Assembly (NCBI GenBank): GCA_947632395.1
Contig: CANRPA010000003.1
Span: 257-64,256, forward strand
DNA: 64,000 bases
DNA from: an uncultured Bacilli bacterium
Lineage (GTDB): Bacteria > Bacillota_I > Bacilli_A > RF39 > UBA660
Direction of reading: 5' to 3'
Every line of letters begins with the position of its first letter. Position 1 is the first letter of the stretch. Under the pieces are notes generated by a model. That model was not told the DNA's origin and searched no databases. It was given only the letters and a program-made list of their open reading frames with translations. The translations under genes were made by a program, and so were the position numbers. Shown in pieces: positions 35,835 through 46,043 of this stretch.

Positions 35835-36302
35835 TTATTCGCATGTTGCACCTAATGCCTTATAAGTACTTATTAATCCATCAACTAACATATTGTTATT
35901 GCTATCTACATAATTTTTCATAATACTATTATCTTCAACGTATTTTTTTAAATCCATTTCATGATAATCAATTGTAGTTTTAGAAATAACTTTGTTATCT
36001 TTAATATTTACATCGATTGTATATCCACCATATGTACTATTAATATCATTATAAGTATCCTCTAAGTATTCTTTAAAATAATCAAGAGTCTCTTCATCAT
36101 CAGATGTAACTGTTTCAGTCATGATAACTTTATCTGCAATTTTACCTTTTCCATATACTTCATATACAGTTTCTAGTTTATAATCACCAGCTGGATCAGT
36201 AGATGTAAGTGTACAAGTTTTTGTAAATTCTTTGTCATTACCACATCCAGATACAAAAACTATAGCAATTATTAAAGATAAAAATTTTAAACACTTCTTC
36301 AT
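35835..36302 (-). CDS. Putative lipoprotein
   Basis: 155 aa with signal peptide and lipobox FVSGC. Possibly YehR/DUF1307-like (uncertain). Confidence 0.7.
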   Translation of the reverse strand: MKKCLKFLSLIIAIVFVSGCGNDKEFTKTCTLTSTDPAGDYKLETVYEVYGKGKIADKVIMTETVTSDDEETLDYFKEYLEDTYNDINSTYGGYTIDVNIKDNKVISKTTIDYHEMDLKKYVEDNSIMKNYVDSNNNMLVDGLISTYKALGATCE

Positions 36303-36357
36303 AGTTTTCTCCTTTCAATATTATAATATCAAATTTATAGATTAAAGTCTATATAAA

Positions 36358-37809
36358 TTATTTAAATAATCCTTTAAAGATAGAATTACCAATTTTTCTA
36401 CCTAATGTATTTAAAGCACTATTAGTTACTTTATTTACTGCTTTTTCTGCTCCACTTTTTTTAGCCTTTTTAGATTTAGTTTCTTTAGTTTTTAAATTTT
36501 TTTCATTATCATTAGATTTATAAATACTCAATTTATCAATTTTTTCTTTAGCAGATATATCATCACTTTTATTTTCATATTTTCCATATATTGAACTTGC
36601 TTTAATGATATTTTCTCTTTCTATATCTGTTATTGTTCCCATTCTACTTTGTGGAGGTAAAATTGAAACTTTTTCTACAATACTAGGTTCTCCTTCAATA
36701 TTTTGAACTGATATAAGTGCTTCACCTGTTTTTAATTCTTTAATTGCATCTATTGTATTAAAATTTGGATTACTTCTAAATGAGTCTGCAGCACTTTTTA
36801 TTGCTTTTTCATCAATTTTTGTGTAATATCTTAAAACATGTTGTATACGACTTCCAAGTTGAGATAAAATTTCATTAGGTATATCACTAGGACTTTGAGA
36901 TATAAAATAAATACCAATACCTTTAGAGCGAATAAGTTTAACTATTTGTATAATTTGTTTTATTAAGTGTTCTGGCATTTCAGAAAAAAGTAAATGAGCT
37001 TCATCTATAAAAAATGCAAGTTTAGGTTTATCTAAATCTCCTACCTCAGGCATATTTGTAAATAGTTCATTAAGTAACCATATAAGTGTGGTAGCATACA
37101 AATTAGGCTTTTGAAATAAGGTAGTAGCGTCTAGTATATTTATAAATCCATATCCATTATTAGAATCGTATTTCATTAAATCTTTAATGTCAAAATTAGG
37201 TTTACCAAAGAAATAATCTCCACCTTCTTCTTCTAATATAAGTAAATTTCTTTGTATAGCACCAATACTTTGTAAAGTTATATTTCCATAACTTAAAGTA
37301 TATTCTTGTCTCTTATTTCCAATATAAGTTAAAAGTGATTTTAAATCATTTAAATCTATAAGTTCTAAATTTTCATCTTCTGATATTTTAAATATAATTG
37401 ATAAAACACCTTCTTGCGCACTTGTTAAGTTTAACATTCTAGAAAGTAACCTAGGACCTATATTTGATACGGTAGTTCTAATTGGATGACCATGTTTTTC
37501 ATATACATCAAAAAATTTAGTTGGGAAACTTTTATATTCAAAACCTTCTAATTTTAATTTTTCAATTCTATTAGTTAAATCATCATTTGATTCTCCTTTA
37601 AAACACATTCCAGCAAGGTCGCCCTTGACATCAACTAAAATTACTGGAATACCAGCATTAGAAAAACTTTCAGCAAGAACTTTCAAAGTAATAGTTTTAC
37701 CACTTCCAGAAGCACCACTAATAATTCCATGTCTATTTATCATTTTAGGTTCTATAAAAATTTCTGTATTTTCATTTTTACCAATTAATATTTTATTGTT
37801 AATATACAT
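36358..37809 (-). CDS. HerA-like/DUF853 (YjgR-type) P-loop NTPase
   Basis: 483 aa with Walker A GASGSGKT and Walker B FFIDEAH. The length and layout are those of YjgR-like proteins, with a basic C-terminal tail. Confidence 0.8.
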   Translation of the reverse strand: MYINNKILIGKNENTEIFIEPKMINRHGIISGASGSGKTITLKVLAESFSNAGIPVILVDVKGDLAGMCFKGESNDDLTNRIEKLKLEGFEYKSFPTKFFDVYEKHGHPIRTTVSNIGPRLLSRMLNLTSAQEGVLSIIFKISEDENLELIDLNDLKSLLTYIGNKRQEYTLSYGNITLQSIGAIQRNLLILEEEGGDYFFGKPNFDIKDLMKYDSNNGYGFINILDATTLFQKPNLYATTLIWLLNELFTNMPEVGDLDKPKLAFFIDEAHLLFSEMPEHLIKQIIQIVKLIRSKGIGIYFISQSPSDIPNEILSQLGSRIQHVLRYYTKIDEKAIKSAADSFRSNPNFNTIDAIKELKTGEALISVQNIEGEPSIVEKVSILPPQSRMGTITDIERENIIKASSIYGKYENKSDDISAKEKIDKLSIYKSNDNEKNLKTKETKSKKAKKSGAEKAVNKVTNSALNTLGRKIGNSIFKGLFK

Positions 37810-37813
37810 ATAA

Positions 37814-39013
37814 TCACATCCTTAGTTTTTTTCTTTTTCTCATAATAATAAGAAAAATAATAATTATACCAATAATACCTATAAATATAAATCTATTTTT
37901 ATATAAAATTTTTGAATAATCTTTTTCTAAGTTAATATTTAAAATTACATTTTCACTACCTATTAATTCATCATCATAATAATAATCAATTTCACCAATT
38001 ATATCATTTTTTTTATCTTTATAACTTAAAGTTTCTTTACCATTATATTTTACACTAAATTTACTTTTATCATAGTCAATAGGTAAAAATTTAGTAATTT
38101 CATCATTAGAAACAACATCAAATTCATTAACTTTTGAATACTCTACAGGTAACGTTTTTACAAAATCACCTTTTTTTGATAAAACTTCGTTTTTATAATT
38201 TTCATCTATAAATTGTGTCAATGTTAAAGCATCTTTTAAATTATAAAAATTGCCATAAATATATGGAGCACCTAAAGTTATTATCAAAATATCATGATCA
38301 TTAGATTTTATAGTAGCAGCTATACATATTCCAGCATTATCAGTAAATCCAGTTTTACTACCAATAATCCTTGAAGTATCAAGATTCATACCTTTATTAT
38401 ATTTTGTTATAGTTGAATAAACTTTTTTTGAATTACTCATAGTATATTCTTTTGTTTCAAAAATAGTTTTAAATGTTTTGTTTTCTAAAGCATATTTTAT
38501 AATTTTAATTAAGTCTTCTAAAGTACTATAGTGATTATCTACATCATATCCGGTTACATTTACAAAATTTGTATTAGTCGCACCTATTTTTTTTACAAGT
38601 TCATTCATTTCTATTACAAAATCTTTAACACTTCCAGAACTTTCTATAGCGAGTACTTGAGTTGCATCCGCACCACTTGGTAGCATAGAAGCATAAAGTA
38701 AATCCATAATAGATAGAGTATCTCCAACCTTTAATCCTGCAACAGATGCATCCCATGGAATACCTGAAAGCATTTTATTAGTTATTGTAACTTTTTTATC
38801 TAAATTTGGATTTTTTTCTATTGCTGTTATTGTAGTTACTATTTTTGTTAGAGAGGCTATACTTGTTTGATCAGTTAATCCTTTTTCATGTAAAATTTTA
38901 TCTTCAGTTAAATCATATATTAGATATTTATTTGAATGTATATCTGGAACATCTAAAGCAAAAACAATAGACGGAATAAATAAAATTAACATAATTAATA
39001 TCTTTTTCATCAT
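37814..39013 (-). CDS. D-alanyl-D-alanine carboxypeptidase (PBP5-type, serine peptidase S11)
   Basis: 399 aa with a signal peptide, SxxK (SLTK), SGAD and KTG (KTGFT) motifs, and a C-terminal membrane anchor. Confidence 0.88.
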   Translation of the reverse strand: MMKKILIMLILFIPSIVFALDVPDIHSNKYLIYDLTEDKILHEKGLTDQTSIASLTKIVTTITAIEKNPNLDKKVTITNKMLSGIPWDASVAGLKVGDTLSIMDLLYASMLPSGADATQVLAIESSGSVKDFVIEMNELVKKIGATNTNFVNVTGYDVDNHYSTLEDLIKIIKYALENKTFKTIFETKEYTMSNSKKVYSTITKYNKGMNLDTSRIIGSKTGFTDNAGICIAATIKSNDHDILIITLGAPYIYGNFYNLKDALTLTQFIDENYKNEVLSKKGDFVKTLPVEYSKVNEFDVVSNDEITKFLPIDYDKSKFSVKYNGKETLSYKDKKNDIIGEIDYYYDDELIGSENVILNINLEKDYSKILYKNRFIFIGIIGIIIIFLIIMRKRKKLRM

Positions 39014-39221
39014 ATCACCACTTTCCTATTATACTATAAAAAATATTAAAAATAAATATTGATATGCTTAAATCCCTTATTTTATAAGAACATTAACGGG
39101 TTTATTAGCTTAGGAGATTTATAAAAGTGTAAACTTTTAATAAAAAATATATAAAATAAATTAAAAAATATTTACAAACACTAATTTATATGATATCTCT
39201 ATTATAGAGGAGTGTGCATAG

Positions 39222-39686
39222 ATGAACAATGAAAATAGTAGCATAAATAATGTGGTAGAAAAGAAAAATTTTGGTAAAAGAAAAATTTATTTTTATTTAA
39301 TTATAGCGTTAGTTATTATTGTTGGCTTATATGCTTTAGGTAATTGGGCAATTAATAGTGGAGAATTTTTATATGGAGAGTGGGATTGTGGATCTAACAT
39401 TAGAATTTCACTAAATAAAAATAAAAATTTTGAAATGTATGATTATAGTGATAAAAATAATTTAGATGTTAATGGAAAATTTACAATTAGTAATAAAGAA
39501 ATTGATTCTCAATATTTAAAATACACAATTACTTTAAAAACAAATAACAGAGTAGTTTCAGGTGAAAAATTAACAAATGATTATACTACTCAATACGAAA
39601 TTACAATGGATGGAGTTAATCATAAAACTTTTGCCATGATTAACACTGTAAATTACCATATTTATGAATGTGAAAAAATTGATTAA
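39222..39686 (+). CDS. Hypothetical N-terminally membrane-anchored protein
   Basis: 154 aa with one TM helix (IYFYLIIALVIIVGLYAL). I recognised no family. Confidence 0.55.
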   Translation: MNNENSSINNVVEKKNFGKRKIYFYLIIALVIIVGLYALGNWAINSGEFLYGEWDCGSNIRISLNKNKNFEMYDYSDKNNLDVNGKFTISNKEIDSQYLKYTITLKTNNRVVSGEKLTNDYTTQYEITMDGVNHKTFAMINTVNYHIYECEKID

Positions 39687-40021
39687 ATTAATTATACGAA
39701 GTTTGAATTATGAAAAAAATATAATTTTAAAATTAGTATTCTAATAGGAAAGAAAAGGTGTTACAAATATATAACATCTTTTTATATGGAAGGAAACTTA
39801 GTTAATGAAAGTAAACAAAATATATAAAGAGGACTTTTTGGTATAACTAAAAAAATATCAGATAATTCTATTGATTTAGTTTTAATTGCTTCAACCTATG
39901 ATATATGTACTACTGGTGGTAAAAAAGAAAATAGTAAACTTGTTAAAGATATTATGAAATTTATAAAAAAGAAATATTAATTTAAAATAGAAGGTGATTG
40001 CAATTTTTTTCTTTAAATAAT

Positions 40022-40049
40022 TTGCTTTTTTCTATATTTGTGTTATAAT
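40022..40049 (+). promoter_or_regulatory. Putative typA promoter (TTGCTT-16 bp-TGnTATAAT)
   Basis: TTGCTT at 40022-40027, TG at 40041-40042, TATAAT at 40044-40049. Confidence 0.45.
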
Positions 40050-40080
40050 TGTAAACGTATTTCGAAGGAGTGTATTAAAA

Positions 40081-41892
40081 ATGAATAAAAAGAATATAGC
40101 AATCATTGCTCACGTAGACCATGGTAAAACAACTTTAGTAGATAAATTACTTCAAGCTAGTGGAACATTTAGAGATAATGAGGAAGTACAAGAAAGAGCA
40201 CTTGATTCTAATGATATTGAAAGAGAAAGAGGAATTACAATACTTGCTAAAACAACTGCAATTAATTATAAAGACTATAGAATTAATATCCTAGATACAC
40301 CAGGACATGCTGATTTTGGTGGAGAAGTTGAAAGAATTATGAATATGGTTGATGGAGTACTACTTGTAGTAGATGCATACGAAGGAACAATGCCTCAAAC
40401 AAGATTTGTACTTAAAAAGGCACTTGAAGCAGGTGTTAAACCAATAGTAGTAGTAAATAAAATAGATAAAGAATCAGCAAGACCTAAAGAAGTTATAGAT
40501 GAAGTAATGGATTTATTTATAGAATTAGGTGCAGATATAGATGATTTAGATTTCCCAATAGTATATGTATCAGCAATTAATGGCACATCAAGTTTTTCAC
40601 CTGATATAAGTACACAAGAACCAGATATGACTAAGGTACTTGATATGATAATTGATAATATTCCATCTCCAAAAAACGAAGAAGGATCATTACAATTTCA
40701 ACCAGCATTACTTGACTATAATGACTTTGTAGGTAGAATCGGTATTGGACTCGTAAAAAGAGGAAATATTAAAGTAAATCAAATGGTAAGTTGTGTGAGA
40801 GTAGATGGAAGTATTAAACAATTTAGGGTTGCTAAAATATATGGATTTTTAGGACTTAAAAGAATAGAAATAAACGAGGCTTCAGCTGGTGATATAATTG
40901 CAATTGCAGGACTTCCTGATATTTCAGTTGGAGAAACAGTATGTGAAGTAGGTAAAGAGGAAGCACTACCTCTTCTTAGAATAGATGAACCAACTTTACA
41001 AATGACATTTGGTGTTAATACAAGTCCATTTTGTGGTAGAGAAGGTAAAATTGTAACAGCACGCAAAATTCAAGAAAGATTAATAAAAGAAACAGAAAGA
41101 GATGTATCACTTAAAGTTGAACCTGTACCTGATAATAGTGAATCATTTATAGTATCAGGAAGAGGAGAATTGCACTTATCTATATTAATAGAGAATATGA
41201 GAAGAGAGGGATTTGAACTTCAAGTATCAAAACCAGTTATAATAAAAAAAGAGATCAATGGTGAAATTTGTGAACCATTTGAAGATGTACAAATAGATGT
41301 ACCAGAAGAATTTGTAGGTTCAGTAATAGAAGCACTTGGTAATCGTGAAGGTATTATGGAAAATATGACAAGTAAAGATAATCAAGTTAAATTACATTAC
41401 ACTGTACCAACAAGAGGACTAATAGGATTTTCAACAGAATTTATGACTATGACAAAAGGATATGGTATATTAAATCATACATACAAAGAATATCGAAAAG
41501 AAGCTGGTATGGCAGTAGGATCTCGTAAATGTGGAGTTTTAGTTTCTATGGAAAATGGTAAAGCAACTGCTTATTCTTTAGGTAATTTGGAAGATCGTGG
41601 TGTTATGTTTATCGAACCAGGAACAGAAGTATACGAAGGTATGATAGTTGGTGAAAATAATCATGATAATGATTTAGCTGTAAATGTAGTAAGGGGTAAA
41701 AACTTAACTAATACGCGTTCATCTAGTAAAGATCATACAGTAGTTTTAAAAAGACCTAAGGTAATGAGTTTGGAAATTTGTCTAGATTATATAAATGATG
41801 ATGAACTTGTAGAAGTTACACCATTAAATTATAGAATGAGAAAAAAAATACTTAATACAGAATTAAGAAAAAAACAAGATGCTAAAAAATAA
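40081..41892 (+). CDS. typA: Translational GTPase TypA/BipA
   Basis: 603 aa with [21 protein letters not shown] and full-length BipA architecture. Confidence 0.97.
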   Translation: MNKKNIAIIAHVDHGKTTLVDKLLQASGTFRDNEEVQERALDSNDIERERGITILAKTTAINYKDYRINILDTPGHADFGGEVERIMNMVDGVLLVVDAYEGTMPQTRFVLKKALEAGVKPIVVVNKIDKESARPKEVIDEVMDLFIELGADIDDLDFPIVYVSAINGTSSFSPDISTQEPDMTKVLDMIIDNIPSPKNEEGSLQFQPALLDYNDFVGRIGIGLVKRGNIKVNQMVSCVRVDGSIKQFRVAKIYGFLGLKRIEINEASAGDIIAIAGLPDISVGETVCEVGKEEALPLLRIDEPTLQMTFGVNTSPFCGREGKIVTARKIQERLIKETERDVSLKVEPVPDNSESFIVSGRGELHLSILIENMRREGFELQVSKPVIIKKEINGEICEPFEDVQIDVPEEFVGSVIEALGNREGIMENMTSKDNQVKLHYTVPTRGLIGFSTEFMTMTKGYGILNHTYKEYRKEAGMAVGSRKCGVLVSMENGKATAYSLGNLEDRGVMFIEPGTEVYEGMIVGENNHDNDLAVNVVRGKNLTNTRSSSKDHTVVLKRPKVMSLEICLDYINDDELVEVTPLNYRMRKKILNTELRKKQDAKK

Positions 41893-41898
41893 ATTGAT

Positions 41899-41936
41899 AT
41901 TGTTAATAAAGTAGATACTTTGTTAACAATTTTTTT
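41899..41936 (+). terminator. Intrinsic terminator after typA
   Basis: ATTGTTAATAAAGTA..TACTTTGTTAACAAT long hairpin, followed by TTTTTT. Confidence 0.6.
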
Positions 41937-41954
41937 AATTAATTATAAACATAT

Positions 41955-41991
41955 AAAAAAGACAAATAAGTGCTTTCATTCACTATTTGTC
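41955..41991 (-). terminator. Intrinsic terminator after the XRE regulator gene
   Basis: GACAAATA-15 nt-TATTTGTC, followed on the minus strand by TTTTTT. Confidence 0.55.
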
Positions 41992-42000
41992 AATAAAGTT

Positions 42001-42231
42001 TTAATCACATTTATCAAAGAAATCTTTTATATCACAATCTAGTACATTAGCGATTTCTTCAAGTGTATCAATAGATATTGTTTGATGAGTAACTGATTCA
42101 AGTTTAGCAATAAAACTATCACTTAAGAACAATGCCTCTGCAAGTTCTCTTTGCTTAAGACCTTTTTTGATTCTGTATTTTTTAATATTTTTACCAATTG
42201 TGTTATAAATATCTGATTTGTTTTTAGTCAT
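42001..42231 (-). CDS. XRE-family helix-turn-helix transcriptional regulator
   Basis: 76 aa with HTH_3-like IKKYRIKKGLKQRELAEALFLSDSFIAKLE. Confidence 0.8.
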   Translation of the reverse strand: MTKNKSDIYNTIGKNIKKYRIKKGLKQRELAEALFLSDSFIAKLESVTHQTISIDTLEEIANVLDCDIKDFFDKCD

Positions 42232-42287
42232 ATTATCACCAACTTAATTTTCTCACACAAATATTAGAAATTTTATATACACATAGT

Positions 42288-43247
42288 CTAACAATCTAAT
42301 AGAATAGTTATTAAATCTTTAAAACTTATACCACTATTTTCTATTAATTTAGGATACATACTTATTTCTGTAAATCCAGGTATAGTATTTATTTCGTTAA
42401 AATATAATTTTTTATTATCTATATCATATATATAATCTATTCTACTTAGATTTGAACATTTGAGTATTTTAAATATAATCTTAGAAATATCTTGTATTTC
42501 TTTTTTTATTTCTGCATTAATATTAGAAATTACTGTATCGATTTTTGTTTCATATTTTGAATTATAGTCATACCATGTATCTTTTTTTAATATTTCACCA
42601 ATATCAGAAACAATTAATTTGTTTTTCTTTTCTAATATTGCACATTCAAGTTCTCTATTATTTTTTATATATTTTTCTATTATTATGTTATTATCGTATT
42701 TTAAAGCACTTTTAATGGCTTTAGTAAGTTCTTTTTTATTATTTACAACAGATATACCAATGGATGAACCACATTTTGCGGGTTTAATAATTGATGGATA
42801 AGTTATTTTATTTAAATCTAATTGCTTACTATAAACATAATATGGTACTTGTGAAATATTATATTTTTCTAGTATTAATTTAGTTAATAATTTATCATAA
42901 CAAATTAAACTACTATATGAATTGCATCCAACATATTTTATGTTAAATAATTCAAATAGACTTTGTAATTTACCATCTTCACATGTATTACCATGAATAA
43001 TAGGTAATACTATATCAAACTCTTTTAAATAACTAATTATATTATTAACTTCATTTATATTTTTATTCTTCCAATTCTCATCAATATTTGTTTCATTAAT
43101 TTCATACCACTTATTTTCATAATCAATTCCTACAAGATTATATTTAAATTTTTTTAAATCAATATTTTTTATTATAAAATTTACTGATTTACACGACACT
43201 TTATGTTCAAAAGAATTTCCACCAAATAAAATTAGAACTTTTTTCAA
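42288..43247 (-). CDS. ddl: D-alanine--D-alanine ligase
   Basis: 319 aa. N-terminus VLILFGGNSFEHKVS, ATP-grasp core and C-terminus EINTIPGFT. Confidence 0.9.
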   Translation of the reverse strand: MKKVLILFGGNSFEHKVSCKSVNFIIKNIDLKKFKYNLVGIDYENKWYEINETNIDENWKNKNINEVNNIISYLKEFDIVLPIIHGNTCEDGKLQSLFELFNIKYVGCNSYSSLICYDKLLTKLILEKYNISQVPYYVYSKQLDLNKITYPSIIKPAKCGSSIGISVVNNKKELTKAIKSALKYDNNIIIEKYIKNNRELECAILEKKNKLIVSDIGEILKKDTWYDYNSKYETKIDTVISNINAEIKKEIQDISKIIFKILKCSNLSRIDYIYDIDNKKLYFNEINTIPGFTEISMYPKLIENSGISFKDLITILLDC

Positions 43248-43427
43248 TTTTTATCACCCATATAATTTTATGAAATTAAAAAAAATAAATAAGTAATTTA
43301 TGTAATTTAATACTATATAAATTAATGGTTTTAAATCTTTTCTTTTTTTTTAGTAAAACGATAGATTTATTTTTCAAAAAATGATAAAATGTTTATGTGA
43401 TATGAAAAAAAAGAAATAGGTGATAAG

Positions 43428-44213
43428 ATGGGAAAAATAATAGCATTTGTAAATCAAAAAGGTGGAGTTGGAAAAACTACATCTAGTATAAATTTAGCAG
43501 CATCCCTAGGACTTTTAGGTAAAAAGACTCTATTAGTTGATTTAGATCCACAAGGAAATAGTACAACAGGAGTAGGAATAAATAAGGGTGAATTTGAAAA
43601 TAGTACATATGAACTTTTATTAGATAAAGCAGAGATAAGAAAAGTAGTAGTTAATACAAAATTTAAAAATTTATATGTTATGCCTGCATCAATAAATTTA
43701 GCAGGTGCTGATATGGAACTTATGGAAAAGGCTAGAACTAATCCAGAGTTTGTACCACAACTTCAATTAAAAAAGAATTTATCTGGTGTTAAAGATTTAT
43801 TTGATTATATAATTTTGGATTGTCCTCCATCTTTAGGTCTTATTACGACAAATGCTCTTGCAGCAGCAAATTCAGTAATAATACCTGTACAATGTGAATT
43901 TTTCGCACTTGAAGGAATAATGCAATTACTAACTTCAATTATGTTCGCACAGCGTAAGTTAAATCCATCACTTGAAATAGAAGGTGTATTACTTACAATG
44001 TTAGATAATCGTACAAATTTAGGTCTTGAAGTTGTAGAAGAAATTAAAAGTTACTTTAAAGAAAAAGTATATGATACTATAATTCCTAGACTTGTAAAAT
44101 TATCAGAAGCACCAAGTCATGGAAAACCAATTCATGCTTATGAGCCAAAAAGTAGAGGAACAGAAGCATATATAAACTTAGCAAAAGAGGTGATAGAGAG
44201 AAATGGAAACTAA
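43428..44213 (+). CDS. soj: Chromosome partitioning ATPase ParA/Soj
   Basis: 261 aa with deviant Walker A NQKGGVGKTT, and DLDPQGN. Confidence 0.95.
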   Translation: MGKIIAFVNQKGGVGKTTSSINLAASLGLLGKKTLLVDLDPQGNSTTGVGINKGEFENSTYELLLDKAEIRKVVVNTKFKNLYVMPASINLAGADMELMEKARTNPEFVPQLQLKKNLSGVKDLFDYIILDCPPSLGLITTNALAAANSVIIPVQCEFFALEGIMQLLTSIMFAQRKLNPSLEIEGVLLTMLDNRTNLGLEVVEEIKSYFKEKVYDTIIPRLVKLSEAPSHGKPIHAYEPKSRGTEAYINLAKEVIERNGN

Positions 44214-45072
44214 AAAAAGAGCTCTTGGAATGGGATTAGAGCAATTATTTAATTCAGAAAATCTTGATTTAGAGAAATTTGAACAACAAGTTTATGAAAC
44301 TGCAGATAAAGAAGAAATACAGGAAATAAATATAGAAGAACTTAGACCTAATCCATATCAACCACGTAAAATATTTAACGATGAAGCTTTAAAAGATTTA
44401 TCAGATTCAATACGTGAACACGGTGTTTTTCAACCAATTATAGTAAAAAAGAGTATTAAAGGTTATGAAATAATAGCTGGTGAAAGAAGAGTTAGAGCAT
44501 CTAAATTAGCAGGGCTAAAAAAAATTCCAGCAATTATTCGTAATTTAAATGATGAACAAATGATGGAAATAGCTTTACTTGAAAATTTACAAAGAGAAAA
44601 TTTAAGTGCGATAGAAGAAGCTATTGCTTATAAAACAATGATAGAAAAACTCTCACTTACACAAGAACAATTATCTTTAAAAGTTGGTAAAAGTAGAAGT
44701 CATATAACAAATATATTAGGTCTTTTAAGATTACCAGAAGAGGTACAAAAGATGGTAGCTGATAATGAACTTAGTATGGGTCATGCACGTGTACTTAGTA
44801 AGTTAGAGGATAATGAAAAAATAATTAAAATGGCACATGAAATTGTGGATAAGAAAATACCTGTAAGAGAAATTGAACAGGAATCTGGTACTGAAATTAA
44901 AAAAGTAAAAATTGAACGACATGTACAAAATAATGAATATAAATATGTAGAAGAAATGCTTATAGAAAAATTAGATACTAAGGTAAAAATAAGAGATAAA
45001 AAAATAGAAATATCATTTAATAATACTGCTGATTTAAATAGAATATTGGAAGTATTAAATATAAAGAGTTAA
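44203..45072 (+). CDS. spo0J: Chromosome partitioning protein ParB/Spo0J
   Basis: 289 aa with LRPNPYQPRK, GERRVRAS and LENLQRENL. The HTH GKSRSHITNILGLL...LSMGHARVL is Spo0J-like. Overlaps soj. Confidence 0.95.
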   Translation: METKKRALGMGLEQLFNSENLDLEKFEQQVYETADKEEIQEINIEELRPNPYQPRKIFNDEALKDLSDSIREHGVFQPIIVKKSIKGYEIIAGERRVRASKLAGLKKIPAIIRNLNDEQMMEIALLENLQRENLSAIEEAIAYKTMIEKLSLTQEQLSLKVGKSRSHITNILGLLRLPEEVQKMVADNELSMGHARVLSKLEDNEKIIKMAHEIVDKKIPVREIEQESGTEIKKVKIERHVQNNEYKYVEEMLIEKLDTKVKIRDKKIEISFNNTADLNRILEVLNIKS

Positions 45073-45073
45073 T

Positions 45074-45865
45074 ATGTCTAAAATATTAAGAAAAGAAATA
45101 ATCGCACCTGTAGTAATAATATTTTTATGCATGTTTTTATGTATAATTTCAAAGAAAATAATAAAAAAAATATTCAATTTAAAAATTACTGGTAAAAATG
45201 ACAAAAGAAAACAAACAATAGTAAATCTTATAAGTAATTTAGTAAAATTTATAATAGTTTTAATTTCAATATTTACAGTGTTAGAGGTTTATGGAATAGA
45301 TACTAAATCTCTTGTTGCATCTTTTGGTGTTGTAGGACTTGTTGCAGGTTTATCACTTCAAGATGTACTTAAGGATTTTATAGTGGGTGCTTCAATTGTG
45401 TTTGAAGGTCAATTTTCTATTGGAGATTGGGTAAGTATTAATGGATTTAAAGGAGAAATAATACCATCTAATTTAAGAACAACTAAGATAAAAGCAAACA
45501 CAGGGGAAATTAAAATGATTTCAAATCGTAATATAGTTGAAGTAACAAATTATAGTTTAGGTGATACTAATCTTTTTATAGATGTTGGTGTAGCATACGA
45601 ATCTGACATAAAAAAAGTAAAAGAAGTATTAGATAATCTTTGTGAAAAACTAAAAAAACAATATAAAATAAAAAACATTTGTTGTTTGGGAGTTCAAGAA
45701 TTACAAAATAGTTCAATAAATTTTAGATTGGTAGTTCAATCAGGCTATGTTGAACAATTTGATTTAGATAGAAAAATTAAAGAACAGATTGTTTTAGAAT
45801 TTAATAAAAATAATATAACTATACCATATGATCAGGTGGTGGTTCATGATGGAAAAAGAGTATAA
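45074..45865 (+). CDS. Small-conductance mechanosensitive channel (MscS family)
   Basis: 263 aa with three N-terminal TM helices and the MscS beta-domain block FSIGDWVSINGFKGEI. Confidence 0.85.
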   Translation: MSKILRKEIIAPVVIIFLCMFLCIISKKIIKKIFNLKITGKNDKRKQTIVNLISNLVKFIIVLISIFTVLEVYGIDTKSLVASFGVVGLVAGLSLQDVLKDFIVGASIVFEGQFSIGDWVSINGFKGEIIPSNLRTTKIKANTGEIKMISNRNIVEVTNYSLGDTNLFIDVGVAYESDIKKVKEVLDNLCEKLKKQYKIKNICCLGVQELQNSSINFRLVVQSGYVEQFDLDRKIKEQIVLEFNKNNITIPYDQVVVHDGKRV

Positions 45866-46034
45866 ATTAGGTAGTGTAGTAACCATGAAAAAGCAGCACC
45901 CTTGTGGTACAAACGAATGGGAAATAGTCAGAATTGGTGCTGATATAAAAATAAAGTGTTTAAATTGTGGAAGATTTATTATGCTACCACGTATAGATTT
46001 TAATAAAAAATTAAAGAAAATTGTCAAATATTAG
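45846..46034 (+). CDS. DUF951-family small protein (YyzM-like)
   Basis: MMEKEYKLGSVVTMKKQHPCGTNEWEIVRIGADIKIKCLNCGRFIMLPR with a CxxC-type pattern. I prefer ATG 45846 (SD AGGTGG) over the track start at 45828. Confidence 0.75.
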   Translation: MMEKEYKLGSVVTMKKQHPCGTNEWEIVRIGADIKIKCLNCGRFIMLPRIDFNKKLKKIVKY

Positions 46035-46043
46035 GAGGATATA

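Noticed and set aside
36358-37809. The HerA-like P-loop NTPase as part of a possible defence island, with the neighbouring lipoprotein and hypothetical genes.
   Set aside because: The architecture matches the widespread housekeeping-type YjgR/DUF853 proteins. No nuclease, Sir2, TIR, methylase or other effector partner is adjacent. The neighbours are a PBP5-type carboxypeptidase and a lipoprotein.
39786-39980. An ORF-like stretch, MEGNLVNESKQNI-stop-RGLFGITKKISDNSIDLVLIASTYDICTTGGKKENSKLVKDIMKFIKKKY, in the 394-bp gap before typA. It may be a pseudogene remnant at a synteny breakpoint.
   Set aside because: It is interrupted by an in-frame TAA, has no SD, matches no family I recognise, and is short. 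It cannot be distinguished from chance in AT-rich DNA without a database search.
42001-42231. The small XRE-family regulator as half of a toxin-antitoxin or phage-derived module.
   Set aside because: No small partner ORF lies upstream or downstream, and it has its own terminator. The adjacent gene is ddl. There are no integrase genes, repeats or other phage genes nearby.
44203-45072. A parS site inside spo0J, as found in B. subtilis and many other bacteria.
   Set aside because: Reading the gene, I found only unrelated CACGT-containing stretches (for example CATGCACGTGTACT, ACCACGTAAAAT) and none close to TGTTNCACGTGNAACA. This absence is recorded as a negative observation and needs a computational scan to confirm.
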